A stretch of 64,000 bases of DNA, from the NCBI GenBank assembly GCA_965221905.1, contig OZ244922.1, forward strand, positions 384,001-448,000, in the 5' to 3' direction. Every line of letters starts with the position of its first letter. The first letter of the stretch is position 1. Below are positions 48,301 through 58,161 of the stretch, piece after piece. A model generated the notes under the pieces. That model was given only the letters and a program-made list of their open reading frames with translations. It was not told the DNA's origin and did not search any database. Source of the stretch: Chloroflexota bacterium. Its GTDB lineage: Bacteria > Chloroflexota > UBA11872 > VXOZ01. The position numbers and the translations under genes were made by a program.

Positions 48301-48559
48301 CGCCACGAGCGGCGCACTCCTTTGGCGCTTCTACGCGGATGGTATGGTGCAATCCACACCTGCGGTGGCTGACGGCATCGTCTACGCCGGCTCAGAAGGC
48401 GGCTACGCGTATGCGCTGGACGCCAAGACCGGTGAGCTTCTTTGGCGCTACTCAATAGGCGGTGGCATGCAGGGCGCCCCGGTGGTGGATAACGGCGTTA
48501 TCTACGTCAGCTCATATTCCGGTTTCGTCTACGCGTTGGAGGCCAGGCCTGGAGAGTAA
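45353..48559 (+). CDS. PQQ-type beta-propeller repeat lipoprotein 2, 16+8 repeats
   Basis: MRRS..LLAC signal; same repeat; ends ARPGE. Confidence 0.9.
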   Translation: MRRSLVIALLWLALALASLTLLACSTTPPEEVEAPPPAPTASPQSTRPQVAGEPGELLWRHEIGGAVASAPTVVDGVVYFGSEDHHVYALDAATGRVLWRFLAEREVWHSPTVHDGTVYVTSTRGYYRDGNSPVYALDAATGELRWLYRVSGFVGSSPAVGEGGVYVGSSDGHVYAFDADTGEVRWRFLTESKVFDSTVVGDGTVFASSEKGFVYALAPEDGTLLWQYQFDGAALSPEAVRDGVVYVTAGDGHIHALVAATGEQLWRSQLEGGYAVPPIVADGVIYAVKANNHVRAFATTDGKLLWSYQIDGEAYKSLAVADGAVYIGSNNGRVYGLDALAGVLVREYALGDEVRLFPSVNDGVLYVGSQGGHVHALDAATGEQRWRYVTGSAVAFSPAEVGNAVYVSSPEGGVYALDATTGEVHWYTETDETGITSPILLDNAVYASSGNGQVYALDAVKGDVLWRIKLDDHVTTPAIHGDVIYVGSNKADSKASRVHARSRETGEILWQFEADDQVQFSSPPVVDGDTVYVVSYWGPIFALDAANGEEQWRSRARSRVWYSPAVQDGVVYVSGERGYVSAFDAATGSELWQFRTESAASSSLANGKQASGLYSSVSWTEILSGPAVADGVVYVGSLFGFVFALDAATGKQLWRQYGTSEVLHLPPKVIDGVVYVGSGNGWVQALDAMTGEIYWSYRADGSLWDFQATGNGALFGIAVWELYPGFRTVVYALNALPPATPLQGKLLWSYPRAGESPSPPVLSDGVIYLRSFSGRVIALDAVGGELLWQFQTEGYIRGSPRLGADMAYIGSDDGYVYALDAATGEVSWRFEAGASYYSSPFPTVVDGAVYVGSADGNVYALDADSGELHWRYSIGLRSHPYLAISGMIFVGGGRGTLHALDSATGEVRWGIQRGIYQIFPALVVEDVLYAVSGDGHAYAFDVFTGKMLWRYTYRAGHGLGYVPTVADGVLYVGSDDYHVYALDATSGALLWRFYADGMVQSTPAVADGIVYAGSEGGYAYALDAKTGELLWRYSIGGGMQGAPVVDNGVIYVSSYSGFVYALEARPGE

Positions 48560-48940
48560 TACGCCAAGCATGTAGGTAAGTGGGATTATACTGCTTCGGC
48601 CGACCGGGCGGCCGTCCAAAGTGCTTGTTTTTCGCGGCGTTGAGATGGCGAGAGGCCGTTCCTTGTAGCATCTTTTAGATCCCGCTGGTTCGTCGCAGAA
48701 TGACAGGAGTGCTGTACGCGAGGTTGCCCCTTGAAGTGCGGCTTCTGTCTCGCTTCTCGACGCTCCCCTGCCGGTATGTCTTGTATCCTTTCAGTTCATA
48801 TCCGTCCAGCAGCGTCCTGCATATTGGTGTGCGCCCCATTTGCGCAACTCTGCCGCAACTCACAGAAATATCACAGAAGATCGGTGGTGGAGTATACTTC
48901 TGGACAAGACCGAATTGCTACATTAAGGAGAACGGCCGAG

Positions 48941-51900
48941 ATGTGTCGGCTCGCCATCCTTGCACTATTTTGGCTGATACTGGCCGTAGCTGCTACCTTG
49001 GCAGTCTCGTGCGGCCCTCCGCCTGCCCGTGACGAACCAGTGCCCCCTGCCAGACCGTCGCCCCGTCCTTCAGTTGACAGGCCTGGAGACATCGTCTGGT
49101 TCTATCGGTATGAAGGGCGCAGTGCGGTAGTTTCCTCTTCCGCGGTGGTTGACGGCGTGATTTACTTTGGCGCGGGAGATGGCTACGTCTATGCGGTGGA
49201 CGCAGCCACGCGCAAGGTAATCTGGCGCTTTCAAACCGGAGCCGGTGTTTTTTCCTCCCCTACGGTAGTGGACGGCGTGGTCTACGTCGGCTCAAGTGAT
49301 AACCACGTCTACGCTCTGGATGCTGACACCGGCGAACACATCTGGCGCTATCTGACTGGCGAGCGTGTTGATTCTTCGCCTGCAGTAGTGGATGGCGTGG
49401 TGTACGTCGGGTCATTCGATGACCACGTCTACGCTCTGGATGCCGCCACTGGCGCACTCATTTGGCGCTTTCACACCCGTGATAGCATAGATTCTTCCCC
49501 GGCGGTAGCGGACGGTGTGGTCTTCTTTGGCTCCATAGATAGGCATGTCTACGCTGTGGACGCGGCTACCGGCGAACTCCGCTGGCGCTTCCCGACGGGA
49601 CACTTTGTACGATCTTCCCCAGCGGTGGTGGACGGCGTAGTCTATGTCGGTTCCTATGATAGCAACCTGTACGCACTGGATGCTGTCAGTGGAAAGCGTC
49701 TTTGGAGTTTCAGAGCCGGACTTCCTGTTCACTCGTCTCCGGCAGTCGCTAACGGAACAGTATATTTCGGCTCAAGCGATAGCTACGTCTATGCGGTAGA
49801 TACAGGTAGCGGCGAATTGCGCTGGCGTTACCAGACAGGCGGCTATGTGAGTTCCTCTCCGGCGGTGGCAGACGGCGCAGTCTTCGTTGGCTCAGATGAC
49901 GATCATGTTTACGTTCTAGATGCTGGATCCGGAGAACTCCGCTGGCGCTTCCGAACTGATTCAAACGTGAGTTCCTCCCCAACGGTGGCCGATGGCGTGG
50001 CCTACGTCGGCTCAATTGACGGCCATCTGTACGCCCTGGATGCGAAGACCGGCAAACGGCGCTGGCGCTTCCTCACGGGCGAAGGCGTGACCCATCCAAC
50101 GCCGGAGGACGCCAACGTCGTTCACGTTAGCGCGGGCGCCAATCATATTTTCGCGCTTGATGCCACCAAGGGGACGCTGTATTGGCGCCTCTATCAAGCC
50201 GGCGACGTGGTGTGGCAAGCGCCAACCGTCGCAGACGGCGTGCTGTACGCCACCTATGCTGACGGCCGAGTCTCTGCCGTCGACGCGATTACGGGCGATG
50301 TGCTGTGGACTTTCCAGGCTGATGGCGGAATTACGTCCTCTCCGGCGGTGGCCGACGGCGTGGCTTCCTTCATTTCGCAGGATGGGTTTGTTTACGGGCT
50401 GAATGCCAGTACTGGAGAGCAACTATGGCGCGTTCAGACCGGCTACTTCGTTGAGACCTCTCCGGCGATAGGCGGCGGCACGGTCTACGTAGGCTCGGAC
50501 GACGGCTACCTCTACGCCCTGGATGCCGGCAGCGGCGAATTGCTGTGGCATTACCTAACGCAGGGCGAAGCGTGGGGCACACCGGCGGCCACCGGCGGCG
50601 CGGTCTATGCCGGTTCGGACGACGGCCGCTTCCACGCGCTAGACGCCGGTGGCGGGGAACTACTGTGGCGCTATGAAGCGGTGGGAGCACTTTGGGGCTC
50701 GCCGGCAGTAATTGCCGGCGCAGTATATGTGGGCTCCGATGATGGCTACGTCTATGCATTTGATGCCGAGAGCGGCGAACTATTCTGGCGCTCCAAGACA
50801 GACGGATTCGTACTCCATCCCCCAGTCATGGTAGGCGGGGTGGTCTACGCTGGGTCAGACGAAGGCCGTGTGTACGCGCTGGATGCGGAAAAGGGGAAGC
50901 AACTGTGGCTCAGTTATAGGCAAGGCGCGCTGCAAGCCTCCCCTTTGGTGAGGGACGGCAGAGTCATTGTCAGTACAGATAAAGGGTACGTCCACGCGCT
51001 CTTCGCTTATGATCCGAACCCTCAGCCGGAGCCTCAAGCAGCGTTGGAGACCGGAGTCAGTGAGCCGCGCCATGGGGACTTACTCTGGCGGTATCGGACC
51101 GGCGCCGGCGTCTGGTCTTCCCCCGCAGTTGAAGATGGCGTGGTTGCCATCGGCTCTGACGATCATCACGTGTACACCCTGGATGCCGCTACCGGTGAAC
51201 TCCTCTGGCGTTTCCGGACTGAAAGTGTTGTGAACTCTCCTCTCACAATTCATGGCGGTGTGGTCTACGTCGGGTCAGACGATCACTCCGTCTACGCGCT
51301 GGATGCCATATCCGGCCACCTTGTGTGGCAATTCCAGACCGATGGTTGGTTGAACTCTTCGCCAACTGTGGCAGGTGGCGTGGCCTATGTTGGTTCGCAA
51401 GACGCCTTCGTGTATGCATTGGACGCCGAGAAAGGCGACCTACTGTGGCGGTATGAGACGGGCGCTGAGGTGAGTTCTTCTCCGGCGGTGGGGAACGGCG
51501 CGGTGTACGTAACCTCCCTTGATAGATACGTTTACGCTCTTGACGCCGAGAACGGCGCACTCATCTGGCGGTATGCAACCGGCGCAGGGGTGGACTCGTC
51601 CCCGACCCTGGCCGACGGTGTTGTCTACGCCGGTTCGCTGGATAACTACCTCTATGCGCTCGACGCTGACACGGGCGCGTTGCTCTGGCGCTACCGGACA
51701 TATTCCGAAATATGGTCCTCCCCGGCAGTGGGCAACGGCATGGTCTACGTCGGCGCCCGAGATCTCCGCGTACACGCCCTGGATGCCGAGAGTGGCGAGC
51801 TTGTTTGGGAGTACGCAACCGGCGCAGAGGTGAATTCTTCCCCTACGGTGGCGGACGGCGTGGTCTACGTCGGCTCGTTTGATGATCACCTCTACGCGCT

Positions 51901-52042
51901 GGACGCCGCGACGGGCGAACTTCACTGGCGCTACCGGACAGGCGGTGGCATCTGGTCTTCGCCGGCAGTGGTTGACGGCGTGGTCTACGTCGGCTCGAGT
52001 GACGGCTACGTCTACGCGCTGAAGGCCACGCCCGGCGAGTAA
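48941..52042 (+). CDS. PQQ-type beta-propeller repeat lipoprotein 3, 16+8 repeats
   Basis: AVSC lipobox; AAGGAG RBS; Pro-rich linker after repeat 16; ends ATPGE. Confidence 0.9.
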   Translation: MCRLAILALFWLILAVAATLAVSCGPPPARDEPVPPARPSPRPSVDRPGDIVWFYRYEGRSAVVSSSAVVDGVIYFGAGDGYVYAVDAATRKVIWRFQTGAGVFSSPTVVDGVVYVGSSDNHVYALDADTGEHIWRYLTGERVDSSPAVVDGVVYVGSFDDHVYALDAATGALIWRFHTRDSIDSSPAVADGVVFFGSIDRHVYAVDAATGELRWRFPTGHFVRSSPAVVDGVVYVGSYDSNLYALDAVSGKRLWSFRAGLPVHSSPAVANGTVYFGSSDSYVYAVDTGSGELRWRYQTGGYVSSSPAVADGAVFVGSDDDHVYVLDAGSGELRWRFRTDSNVSSSPTVADGVAYVGSIDGHLYALDAKTGKRRWRFLTGEGVTHPTPEDANVVHVSAGANHIFALDATKGTLYWRLYQAGDVVWQAPTVADGVLYATYADGRVSAVDAITGDVLWTFQADGGITSSPAVADGVASFISQDGFVYGLNASTGEQLWRVQTGYFVETSPAIGGGTVYVGSDDGYLYALDAGSGELLWHYLTQGEAWGTPAATGGAVYAGSDDGRFHALDAGGGELLWRYEAVGALWGSPAVIAGAVYVGSDDGYVYAFDAESGELFWRSKTDGFVLHPPVMVGGVVYAGSDEGRVYALDAEKGKQLWLSYRQGALQASPLVRDGRVIVSTDKGYVHALFAYDPNPQPEPQAALETGVSEPRHGDLLWRYRTGAGVWSSPAVEDGVVAIGSDDHHVYTLDAATGELLWRFRTESVVNSPLTIHGGVVYVGSDDHSVYALDAISGHLVWQFQTDGWLNSSPTVAGGVAYVGSQDAFVYALDAEKGDLLWRYETGAEVSSSPAVGNGAVYVTSLDRYVYALDAENGALIWRYATGAGVDSSPTLADGVVYAGSLDNYLYALDADTGALLWRYRTYSEIWSSPAVGNGMVYVGARDLRVHALDAESGELVWEYATGAEVNSSPTVADGVVYVGSFDDHLYALDAATGELHWRYRTGGGIWSSPAVVDGVVYVGSSDGYVYALKATPGE

Positions 52043-52317
52043 AGTTCTGGACATCGCGACTTTGGGATCGTGCGGGTTTGTTTGCTCGCAGGGTTTCCTG
52101 GACGCTCGCCTAGCGCCACGGACGGAAGTAGAGAGGCCGCTTTCCAGGCAGCCCGATGGCCCTCGCGAGTTCAGCGCCGTCCGGTGGGGGAAATGTACGT
52201 GGCGGTACACTCGGATAGCGCGACCTGCGCGTTGCCTGCCGGGCATATCTTGACACGCCACTGGTAGGATACTCTGGTAGCCAAGAGTAAATGGAAATCT
52301 TCCGGAGTACGGATGAC

Positions 52318-55300
52318 ATGCCGCGAGCTACTTTTTCTGCCGTCCTAGCAATGCTGATCGTCGTTGCCGCTTCACTGTTGGCAGGGTGCAACGGCGACTA
52401 TGAGGAAACTCCTCCCAAGGTGTATCAGACGGGAGAAGTGTTCTGGAGCTACCAACACACGAGCGTGGCATTAGATTCCTCACCTTTGGTCGTCAATGGT
52501 TTAGCTTACGGAGGATCTCCATACGGCGTATACGCGGTGAATGCCGATACAGGCGAACTTGCTTGGCACTTCAGTACCAGGTATGGAGTTAGTCACACTC
52601 TGGCAGTAGCAGACAACGTGGTCTATGCCGGCGCGGACTATAAGGGCGTGTACGCGCTGAATGCTGACACCGGTTCATTCATTTGGCACTTCAGGGCAGA
52701 CAGAGCAACAATTTCATCCATGGAAGTAGCTAACGGCGTGGTGCACTTTGGCACAAAGGGAGGCGATAAGCCTAATTATTTGAACGCCGTCGACGCCACA
52801 AATGGAGAGTTGATCTGGCAAGTCGAGGTCAATAACCCCTTTGCGCCTCAGACGGTAGCAAATGGGGTAGTCTATACAGCCTTCTGGGAATGGAATGTCG
52901 AGAGTTACATCCTACTCGCATTGAATGCCGATACCGGCCAAATTATGTGGCGCTATCCGGTGGAGGGAAATGTCTTTGCTCCTCCATTGGTTGCTGGCGG
53001 AATTGTGTATGTAGGCGCCGAGGGTGGCTTCATATACGCCATAGAGGCAGCAACTGGCGATCTTTTGTGGCGGTACCATGCTGGTGGGAGATACGTAATC
53101 TCCCTGGTCGTAGCCGGAGGCGCAGTGTTCGTAGGCACTGATAGCGACTCCGTACACGCGTTGGATGCTGCCAATGGTGAACTCATTTGGCGCTATGGGA
53201 CCGGAGGCGAAGTGTATGGATCGCCACTAGTCTCTCATGGCGAGACATACGCTAGCTCTAGTGATGGCAACGTATACGCTTTGGATGCTGCTTCTGGCGC
53301 ACTTAGGTGGAAATCCAATATAGGGAGCTACGGGGACTTTCTCCCAGCTAACACTGACGGGGTGATTCACATTAGGGCGCAAAATCAGGATGTGCATACA
53401 CTAGACGCCGCCAGCGGAGAACTACTCTGGCGTTTTGAGAATGGTCTTGAGACCTATGGTAGTAGGGCCAACCTGCCCGATGTAGTGGGCGGTGTCGTCT
53501 ACATTGGGTCACGAGATGGCCTGGTCAGCGCACTCGACAGCGTGACTGGCGAGCGGCTCTGGCGCTTCCACACCGACACTGTAAAGCTCTCCTACCCGGC
53601 AGTGAATGACAATGTACTCTACGTCGGCTTGGGCGCCGAACACATATACGCGCTCAATGCCGCTGACGGTGCGCTGTTCTGGCTCTATCAGACCAAGGGC
53701 GTGGTGCGGGCCCCGCCGGTGGAGGCGGATGGGACGGTCTACGCCGCTTCTGAGGATGGTGCCGTCTACGCATTGGATGCTACCACCAAAGAGTTGCGCT
53801 GGCGCTATCAGACAGACGGCAGCATCTTCTCTTCACCGGCGGTGGCTTATGGGCTGGCCTATGCCGCATCTAACGATGGCTACGTCTACGCGCTCGATGC
53901 CGCCAGCGGCGCATTGCAGTGGCGCTTCCAGACCGGCGGCGAAGTGCGGTCGTCTCCGACGGCGGCTGGCGGCGTGGTTTCGGTGATTTCACGGGACGGC
54001 TACGTGTACGGGCTTGATGCCAGCAACGGTGAGCAACTATGGCGCTACCAAACTGGTTATTTCGTGGAATCGTCGCCGGCGCTGGCTGGCGGCGTGGCCT
54101 ACGTGGGATCGGATGACGCCTACCTCTACGCCCTGGATGCCGATAGCGGGGAAGTGCTGTGGCGCTATTTGACGAACGGGGAAACATGGGGCTCTCCAAC
54201 GGTGATCGGCGGCGCGGTCTACGCGGGCTCAGACGACGGCTACGTGTACGCGCTGGATGCCAACAGTGGCGACCTGCTCTGGCGCGCTGAGACAGGCGAC
54301 TTCGTGTTGCAATCGCCGACAATGGTTGGCGGCGTCGTGTACGCGGGATCGGAAAGTGGCTACGTCTACGGCCTCAGCGCCGAGAATGGCGAACTGCTGT
54401 GGTGGTCCCAAATCGATAGCGCGGTACAGGCCTCCCCCGTGGTGATGAACGGCAGGGCGTACGTGGTATCCGAGAGCGGCACCGCCTATGCACTGTTCCT
54501 TCATGAACCGGAGCCGGAATCGCATCTGGCAGGCGAACTCATCTGGCGCTATCAAACGCGCGATTATGTCGTTTCCTCGCCGGCAGTGGCTGATGGCGTC
54601 GTCTACGTCGGCTCATATGATCGCCATTTGTACGCCTTGAACGCTGCCTCCAGCAAATTCCTCTGGCGCTACGAGATTGGCCGGTATCTGCGATCCTCTC
54701 CGACGGTGGCTAACGATGTGGTCTACATAGGCTCTAACGAGGGCTACGTATACGCTTTGGATGCCGTCACCGGAAGCCTCCATTGGCGCTATTTGACGGA
54801 AGGTGAAGTATCTGGATCTCCCACTATCGTTGACGGTATCGTCTACGTTGGCTCACATGATGGACACGTGTACGCGCTGAACGCGACAAGCGGCGCTCCG
54901 ATCTGGAGTTTCCAGACGGATGGCACTGTGTATGCCTCTGCAGTGGTTTCTCAAGGCATGGTCTATGCCGGTACAACAGATAGCTATTTGTACGCGATGG
55001 AAGCTGCTACCGGCGAACTCCGTTGGCGGTTCAAGACGGCCGATACGATATACCGGTCGGCGGCAGTAGCTGATGGAGTCGTCTATGTGGGTTCGAGTGA
55101 CCACTACCTGTATGCCCTGGATGCCGAGAATGGCGATCTCCTGTGGCGCTTCCAAAGCGAAGAATACATGTGCTCCGCGCCGGCAGTGGCCGGCAATGTG
55201 GTTTCCATTGGATCAGGCGATTTCCACGCGTACGCTCTAAATGCCACTACGGGCGAATTCCTCTGGCGCTACCGAACTGGGAATAGTGTATGTTCCACTC

Positions 55301-55500
55301 CGGAAATATCCGAGGGCATGGCCCACGTTGGGTCAAGTGATGGAAGTGTTTATGCTCTCGTTGCCGAGACCGGCGAACTCCTCTGGCGCTACCGGACAGA
55401 ACGCTCCGTTTATTCCTCCCCGACCATTGTCGACGGCGTAGTGTACATTGGCTCAGGAGACGGCTACCTGTACGCGCTGAAGGCCCGGCCGGGGGAGTGA
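52318..55500 (+). CDS. PQQ-type beta-propeller repeat lipoprotein 4, 17+8 repeats
   Basis: LAGC lipobox; ends ARPGE; alternative start at 52291. Confidence 0.9.
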   Translation: MPRATFSAVLAMLIVVAASLLAGCNGDYEETPPKVYQTGEVFWSYQHTSVALDSSPLVVNGLAYGGSPYGVYAVNADTGELAWHFSTRYGVSHTLAVADNVVYAGADYKGVYALNADTGSFIWHFRADRATISSMEVANGVVHFGTKGGDKPNYLNAVDATNGELIWQVEVNNPFAPQTVANGVVYTAFWEWNVESYILLALNADTGQIMWRYPVEGNVFAPPLVAGGIVYVGAEGGFIYAIEAATGDLLWRYHAGGRYVISLVVAGGAVFVGTDSDSVHALDAANGELIWRYGTGGEVYGSPLVSHGETYASSSDGNVYALDAASGALRWKSNIGSYGDFLPANTDGVIHIRAQNQDVHTLDAASGELLWRFENGLETYGSRANLPDVVGGVVYIGSRDGLVSALDSVTGERLWRFHTDTVKLSYPAVNDNVLYVGLGAEHIYALNAADGALFWLYQTKGVVRAPPVEADGTVYAASEDGAVYALDATTKELRWRYQTDGSIFSSPAVAYGLAYAASNDGYVYALDAASGALQWRFQTGGEVRSSPTAAGGVVSVISRDGYVYGLDASNGEQLWRYQTGYFVESSPALAGGVAYVGSDDAYLYALDADSGEVLWRYLTNGETWGSPTVIGGAVYAGSDDGYVYALDANSGDLLWRAETGDFVLQSPTMVGGVVYAGSESGYVYGLSAENGELLWWSQIDSAVQASPVVMNGRAYVVSESGTAYALFLHEPEPESHLAGELIWRYQTRDYVVSSPAVADGVVYVGSYDRHLYALNAASSKFLWRYEIGRYLRSSPTVANDVVYIGSNEGYVYALDAVTGSLHWRYLTEGEVSGSPTIVDGIVYVGSHDGHVYALNATSGAPIWSFQTDGTVYASAVVSQGMVYAGTTDSYLYAMEAATGELRWRFKTADTIYRSAAVADGVVYVGSSDHYLYALDAENGDLLWRFQSEEYMCSAPAVAGNVVSIGSGDFHAYALNATTGEFLWRYRTGNSVCSTPEISEGMAHVGSSDGSVYALVAETGELLWRYRTERSVYSSPTIVDGVVYIGSGDGYLYALKARPGE

Positions 55501-55841
55501 GACGCTTGACGCAGATGAAGTCATCCCAACTGGGTGTCGCCTAATCGGGTCATTCGCAAAGTTGGGTGTTGTTCCGGTTGCGTTCGGCAAATGCGAGGCT
55601 GTGCTATGCGGATGAGAGTTCGGCAGCAGGTGTGTGTCATTGCAGTTTGCCCAACCACCCGCGACTAAGGCTCAGGCCGCGTTTCAGAGTTGGAATGGAC
55701 CCAAGCCCCGAAAGGTACACATGGCTGAGAAGCCGCGGTGCCGCAAGTCTGTACTTTCTGCCACGAACTATCGCGGGTACTGGCAATGACTAAACTAGTG
55801 ACGTCCGGTGCTGCGGTATAATTTAAAGGAACCGCGATTTC

Positions 55842-55924
55842 GGAGGGGTGTCCGAGTGGTTTATGGAGATGGTCTTGAAAACCATTGACCGAAAGGTCCG
55901 GGGGTTCGAATCCCTCCCCCTCCG
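55842..55924 (+). tRNA. tRNA-Ser(TGA), CCA not encoded
   Basis: Acceptor GGAGGGG/CCCCTCC+G; anticodon arm ATGGT-CTTGAAA-ACCAT; variable arm GACC-GAAA-GGTC; GGTTCGAATCC. Confidence 0.93.
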
Positions 55925-56203
55925 CCGCAGATGCTGAAGGACCGCAACGGCGCGGAACGACGCAACAGCCGAATCGCGCGATCGCTTACACCCGAACCGG
56001 CTGAGCCGCTGCTCTTTACCGCCACAGCCGTGTGGTATCGGAACCAACGCCATCTCCCACGTAGGCTAGCTATGATTCCGGGCCGACGCGCGAGTTGGGC
56101 CGCGATCTAGAGGTACGGCTTGCGGGATAGGCTATAATGGGGATATCTCAGTGCAGTTGTCCGAGACCAAGACTGATGGTTTGGATGGCGCATTGGAGTG
56201 CAG

Positions 56204-56298
56204 GGAGGGGTCGCATAGTTTGGTCTAGTGCGGTCGCCTGCTAAGCGATTGTGGGGTTAATAGCTCCACCGAGGGTTCGAATCCCTCCCCCTCCGCCA
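56204..56298 (+). tRNA. tRNA-Ser(GCT)
   Basis: Acceptor GGAGGGG/CCCCTCC-GCCA; anticodon arm GTCGC-CTGCTAA-GCGAT; long variable arm; GGTTCGAATCC. Confidence 0.95.
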
Positions 56299-56308
56299 AC
56301 CGACAAGC

Positions 56309-56353
56309 AATAGAGAACGGCGCCAACCCAATGGTCGACGCCGTTCTCTTATT
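56309..56353. terminator. Probable bidirectional intrinsic terminator
   Basis: AGAGAACGGCG / CGCCGTTCTCT stem with A/T-rich flanks, between the tRNA and a convergent gene. Confidence 0.65.
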
Positions 56354-56460
56354 CAATTGCCGTCTTTACTAGAGTGCCGTATTCGCTATTCCAGCGAAAG
56401 AGCACATTGCATTCGAAACAGCCCCAGACGCTAGCCTCTCTCGAACGCCCTATACCTTGA

Positions 56461-57894
56461 CTATGAGACCGCGGTACGCACGGCCTGTTCGATAACAGGC
56501 ATCATCTCCGCCACAGGTCTCTGACCGGAAATCGCTTGGCGCAGCGGCAGCGCCAGGTTGCGCCCCAGGGCTTGGCGTCCCACTACGGGCGACGGGCCCT
56601 CCTGGTCGAGCAGATCCAGGTACTCCAAATACGTAGGAGTGAAACTCGTCACCAGTTTGGCCATGGGGTATTTCCATTGCGGCTTGAAGGGCAATGTCAT
56701 GTCGGTGTTGCCCAGGTAGTCCTGCAGCGTTTCCCTGGTGTAGAGGAACGTAAGCAGGTCCCACCCCGACGTGGCGTTATCGGCGACTTCGGGAATGGCA
56801 ATCTGGTGCGACCAGACCTGTGTCGCGCCCGCGCTTCCACTCGGCCCCTTCGGCAGCGGCAGCCAGTGGAACTGCAGATCCGGATTAACTGACTGTTCCT
56901 CCGATTGCACGCGCACGGCGTGATTGATTGCGTCGGCGTTTACGACCGCCATTGACGCGCGCCCGTTCACAAAGAGGTTAGCGGTGTCAACGTAGGGCGA
57001 CGGGTCGCCGCTCACCTTATCCACGGTCACCAAATCTGCCAGGAACTGTAGCGCTGACTGTGCATCAGCGTTGTTTACCACAACAGCGCCGCCATCGGCG
57101 TTATTTTGGAAGAGGCCCGTATTGTTGCTGTAGAGCCAAGTCAGGACTTGGAGCCAGTCAGAACTAACGTGCATCCCCGGACGTTGTACGGTATCGCCAT
57201 CACGCTGGGTGAGTTTGAGCGCAGCTTCGCGCAGATTGTCCCACCCCCACTGCTTGAAAGCTTCCACGTCTACAGTTATGCCGGCCTCTTCCATGTGTTT
57301 GGCATTGATCGCCAACCCGATGGCCTGCGGATCGTCATAAGGAATGGCGTAGGTCTTCTCGTCGAAAGTCGCGTAGGGCAGCACACCCTTGACGAACTGC
57401 TGCAAATTGACCGTGCGCGGCCAACTCAGGTATTGCGTAAGGTCCCGCACCAGCGAAGCCTCAGCCCAACTTGGGAGCGCGCCCATTGGCACGTGCACGG
57501 CGTCCGGCCCGCCTTGGCCGGCGGCTGTGGCTTGCGCCAGGCGGTTCTCCACCTCTCGTTGGCTCCCCAAGAAAACCGGTTCCAACGTATTGCCCGTGCG
57601 GGCGGCAAAGAGGCTTTGCACGTCGGTAAGCCATTGCTGAGTAGGGCCGGAGGCCCATGTCCAGAAATTCACAAGGCCGGGACTGCGAATAATGGGCCTC
57701 GGCCCTTCGACCGGCGTCGGCGTAATTGGAATAAACGCCGTGGGTGTGGGTACGCACGGTCCATCACAGGCGCGGCGGTTTATGCCGGCGCAAGCTGAGA
57801 GAAGCGATGTTGCGGCGGCACCGAGACCAAGAGTGCCCAGGGTGCGGAGCACACGCCGACGCGAGTGTTCAGATGAGACTAATTCAGTTTTCAT
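56461..57894 (-). CDS. Extracellular solute-binding lipoprotein (ABC, carbohydrate-type), Tat-exported
   Basis: SRRRVL twin-arginine motif, LSAC lipobox, YAIPYD, WGWDNL..AA.KLT, LPKGP; GGAGGT RBS. Confidence 0.85.
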   Translation of the reverse strand: MKTELVSSEHSRRRVLRTLGTLGLGAAATSLLSACAGINRRACDGPCVPTPTAFIPITPTPVEGPRPIIRSPGLVNFWTWASGPTQQWLTDVQSLFAARTGNTLEPVFLGSQREVENRLAQATAAGQGGPDAVHVPMGALPSWAEASLVRDLTQYLSWPRTVNLQQFVKGVLPYATFDEKTYAIPYDDPQAIGLAINAKHMEEAGITVDVEAFKQWGWDNLREAALKLTQRDGDTVQRPGMHVSSDWLQVLTWLYSNNTGLFQNNADGGAVVVNNADAQSALQFLADLVTVDKVSGDPSPYVDTANLFVNGRASMAVVNADAINHAVRVQSEEQSVNPDLQFHWLPLPKGPSGSAGATQVWSHQIAIPEVADNATSGWDLLTFLYTRETLQDYLGNTDMTLPFKPQWKYPMAKLVTSFTPTYLEYLDLLDQEGPSPVVGRQALGRNLALPLRQAISGQRPVAEMMPVIEQAVRTAVS

Positions 57895-58161
57895 GAGGCG
57901 GTTACCTCCGTCCTGCAAGTGCCGCTAGGCGTTCTGTATGCCCTGCAATCTTTGCATATGGTGATGGTTACTTAAGCGAATAGCTTACCCTACCTATTCC
58001 TAAGTAGTCTACGCCCTTTGTCGCGGATTTGCCACCTGCCGGCACTTCCTTCAATGGGCTTTTCTTAGGAACTTCTTACGTGGGAACGATATGCCCCCAA
58101 TAACACTGTGCTACGATGAAGTCAAGGCATACGTAACATAGGAGTTGAGGAGAGGGCATAT

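Noticed and set aside
43240-55500. Diversity-generating retroelement or true BamB/PQQ dehydrogenases
   Set aside because: No reverse transcriptase or adenine-specific TR/VR pair seen; the proteins are pure repeats lacking recognisable dehydrogenase insertions and far longer than BamB
55500-55840. Structured ncRNA between the propeller array and tRNA-Ser
   Set aside because: Some hairpin potential but no recognisable family motif; cannot be supported without a covariance-model search
55842-55924. tRNA-Sec to serve the UGA at 31027
   Set aside because: The anticodon is TGA (reads UCA, Ser), not TCA, and the acceptor stem is the ordinary 7 bp
55902-56297. attL/attR direct repeat of an integrated element at tRNA-Ser
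   Set aside because: The shared ~25-bp 3' sequence belongs to two complete tRNA-Ser genes ~280 bp apart; no integrase nearby
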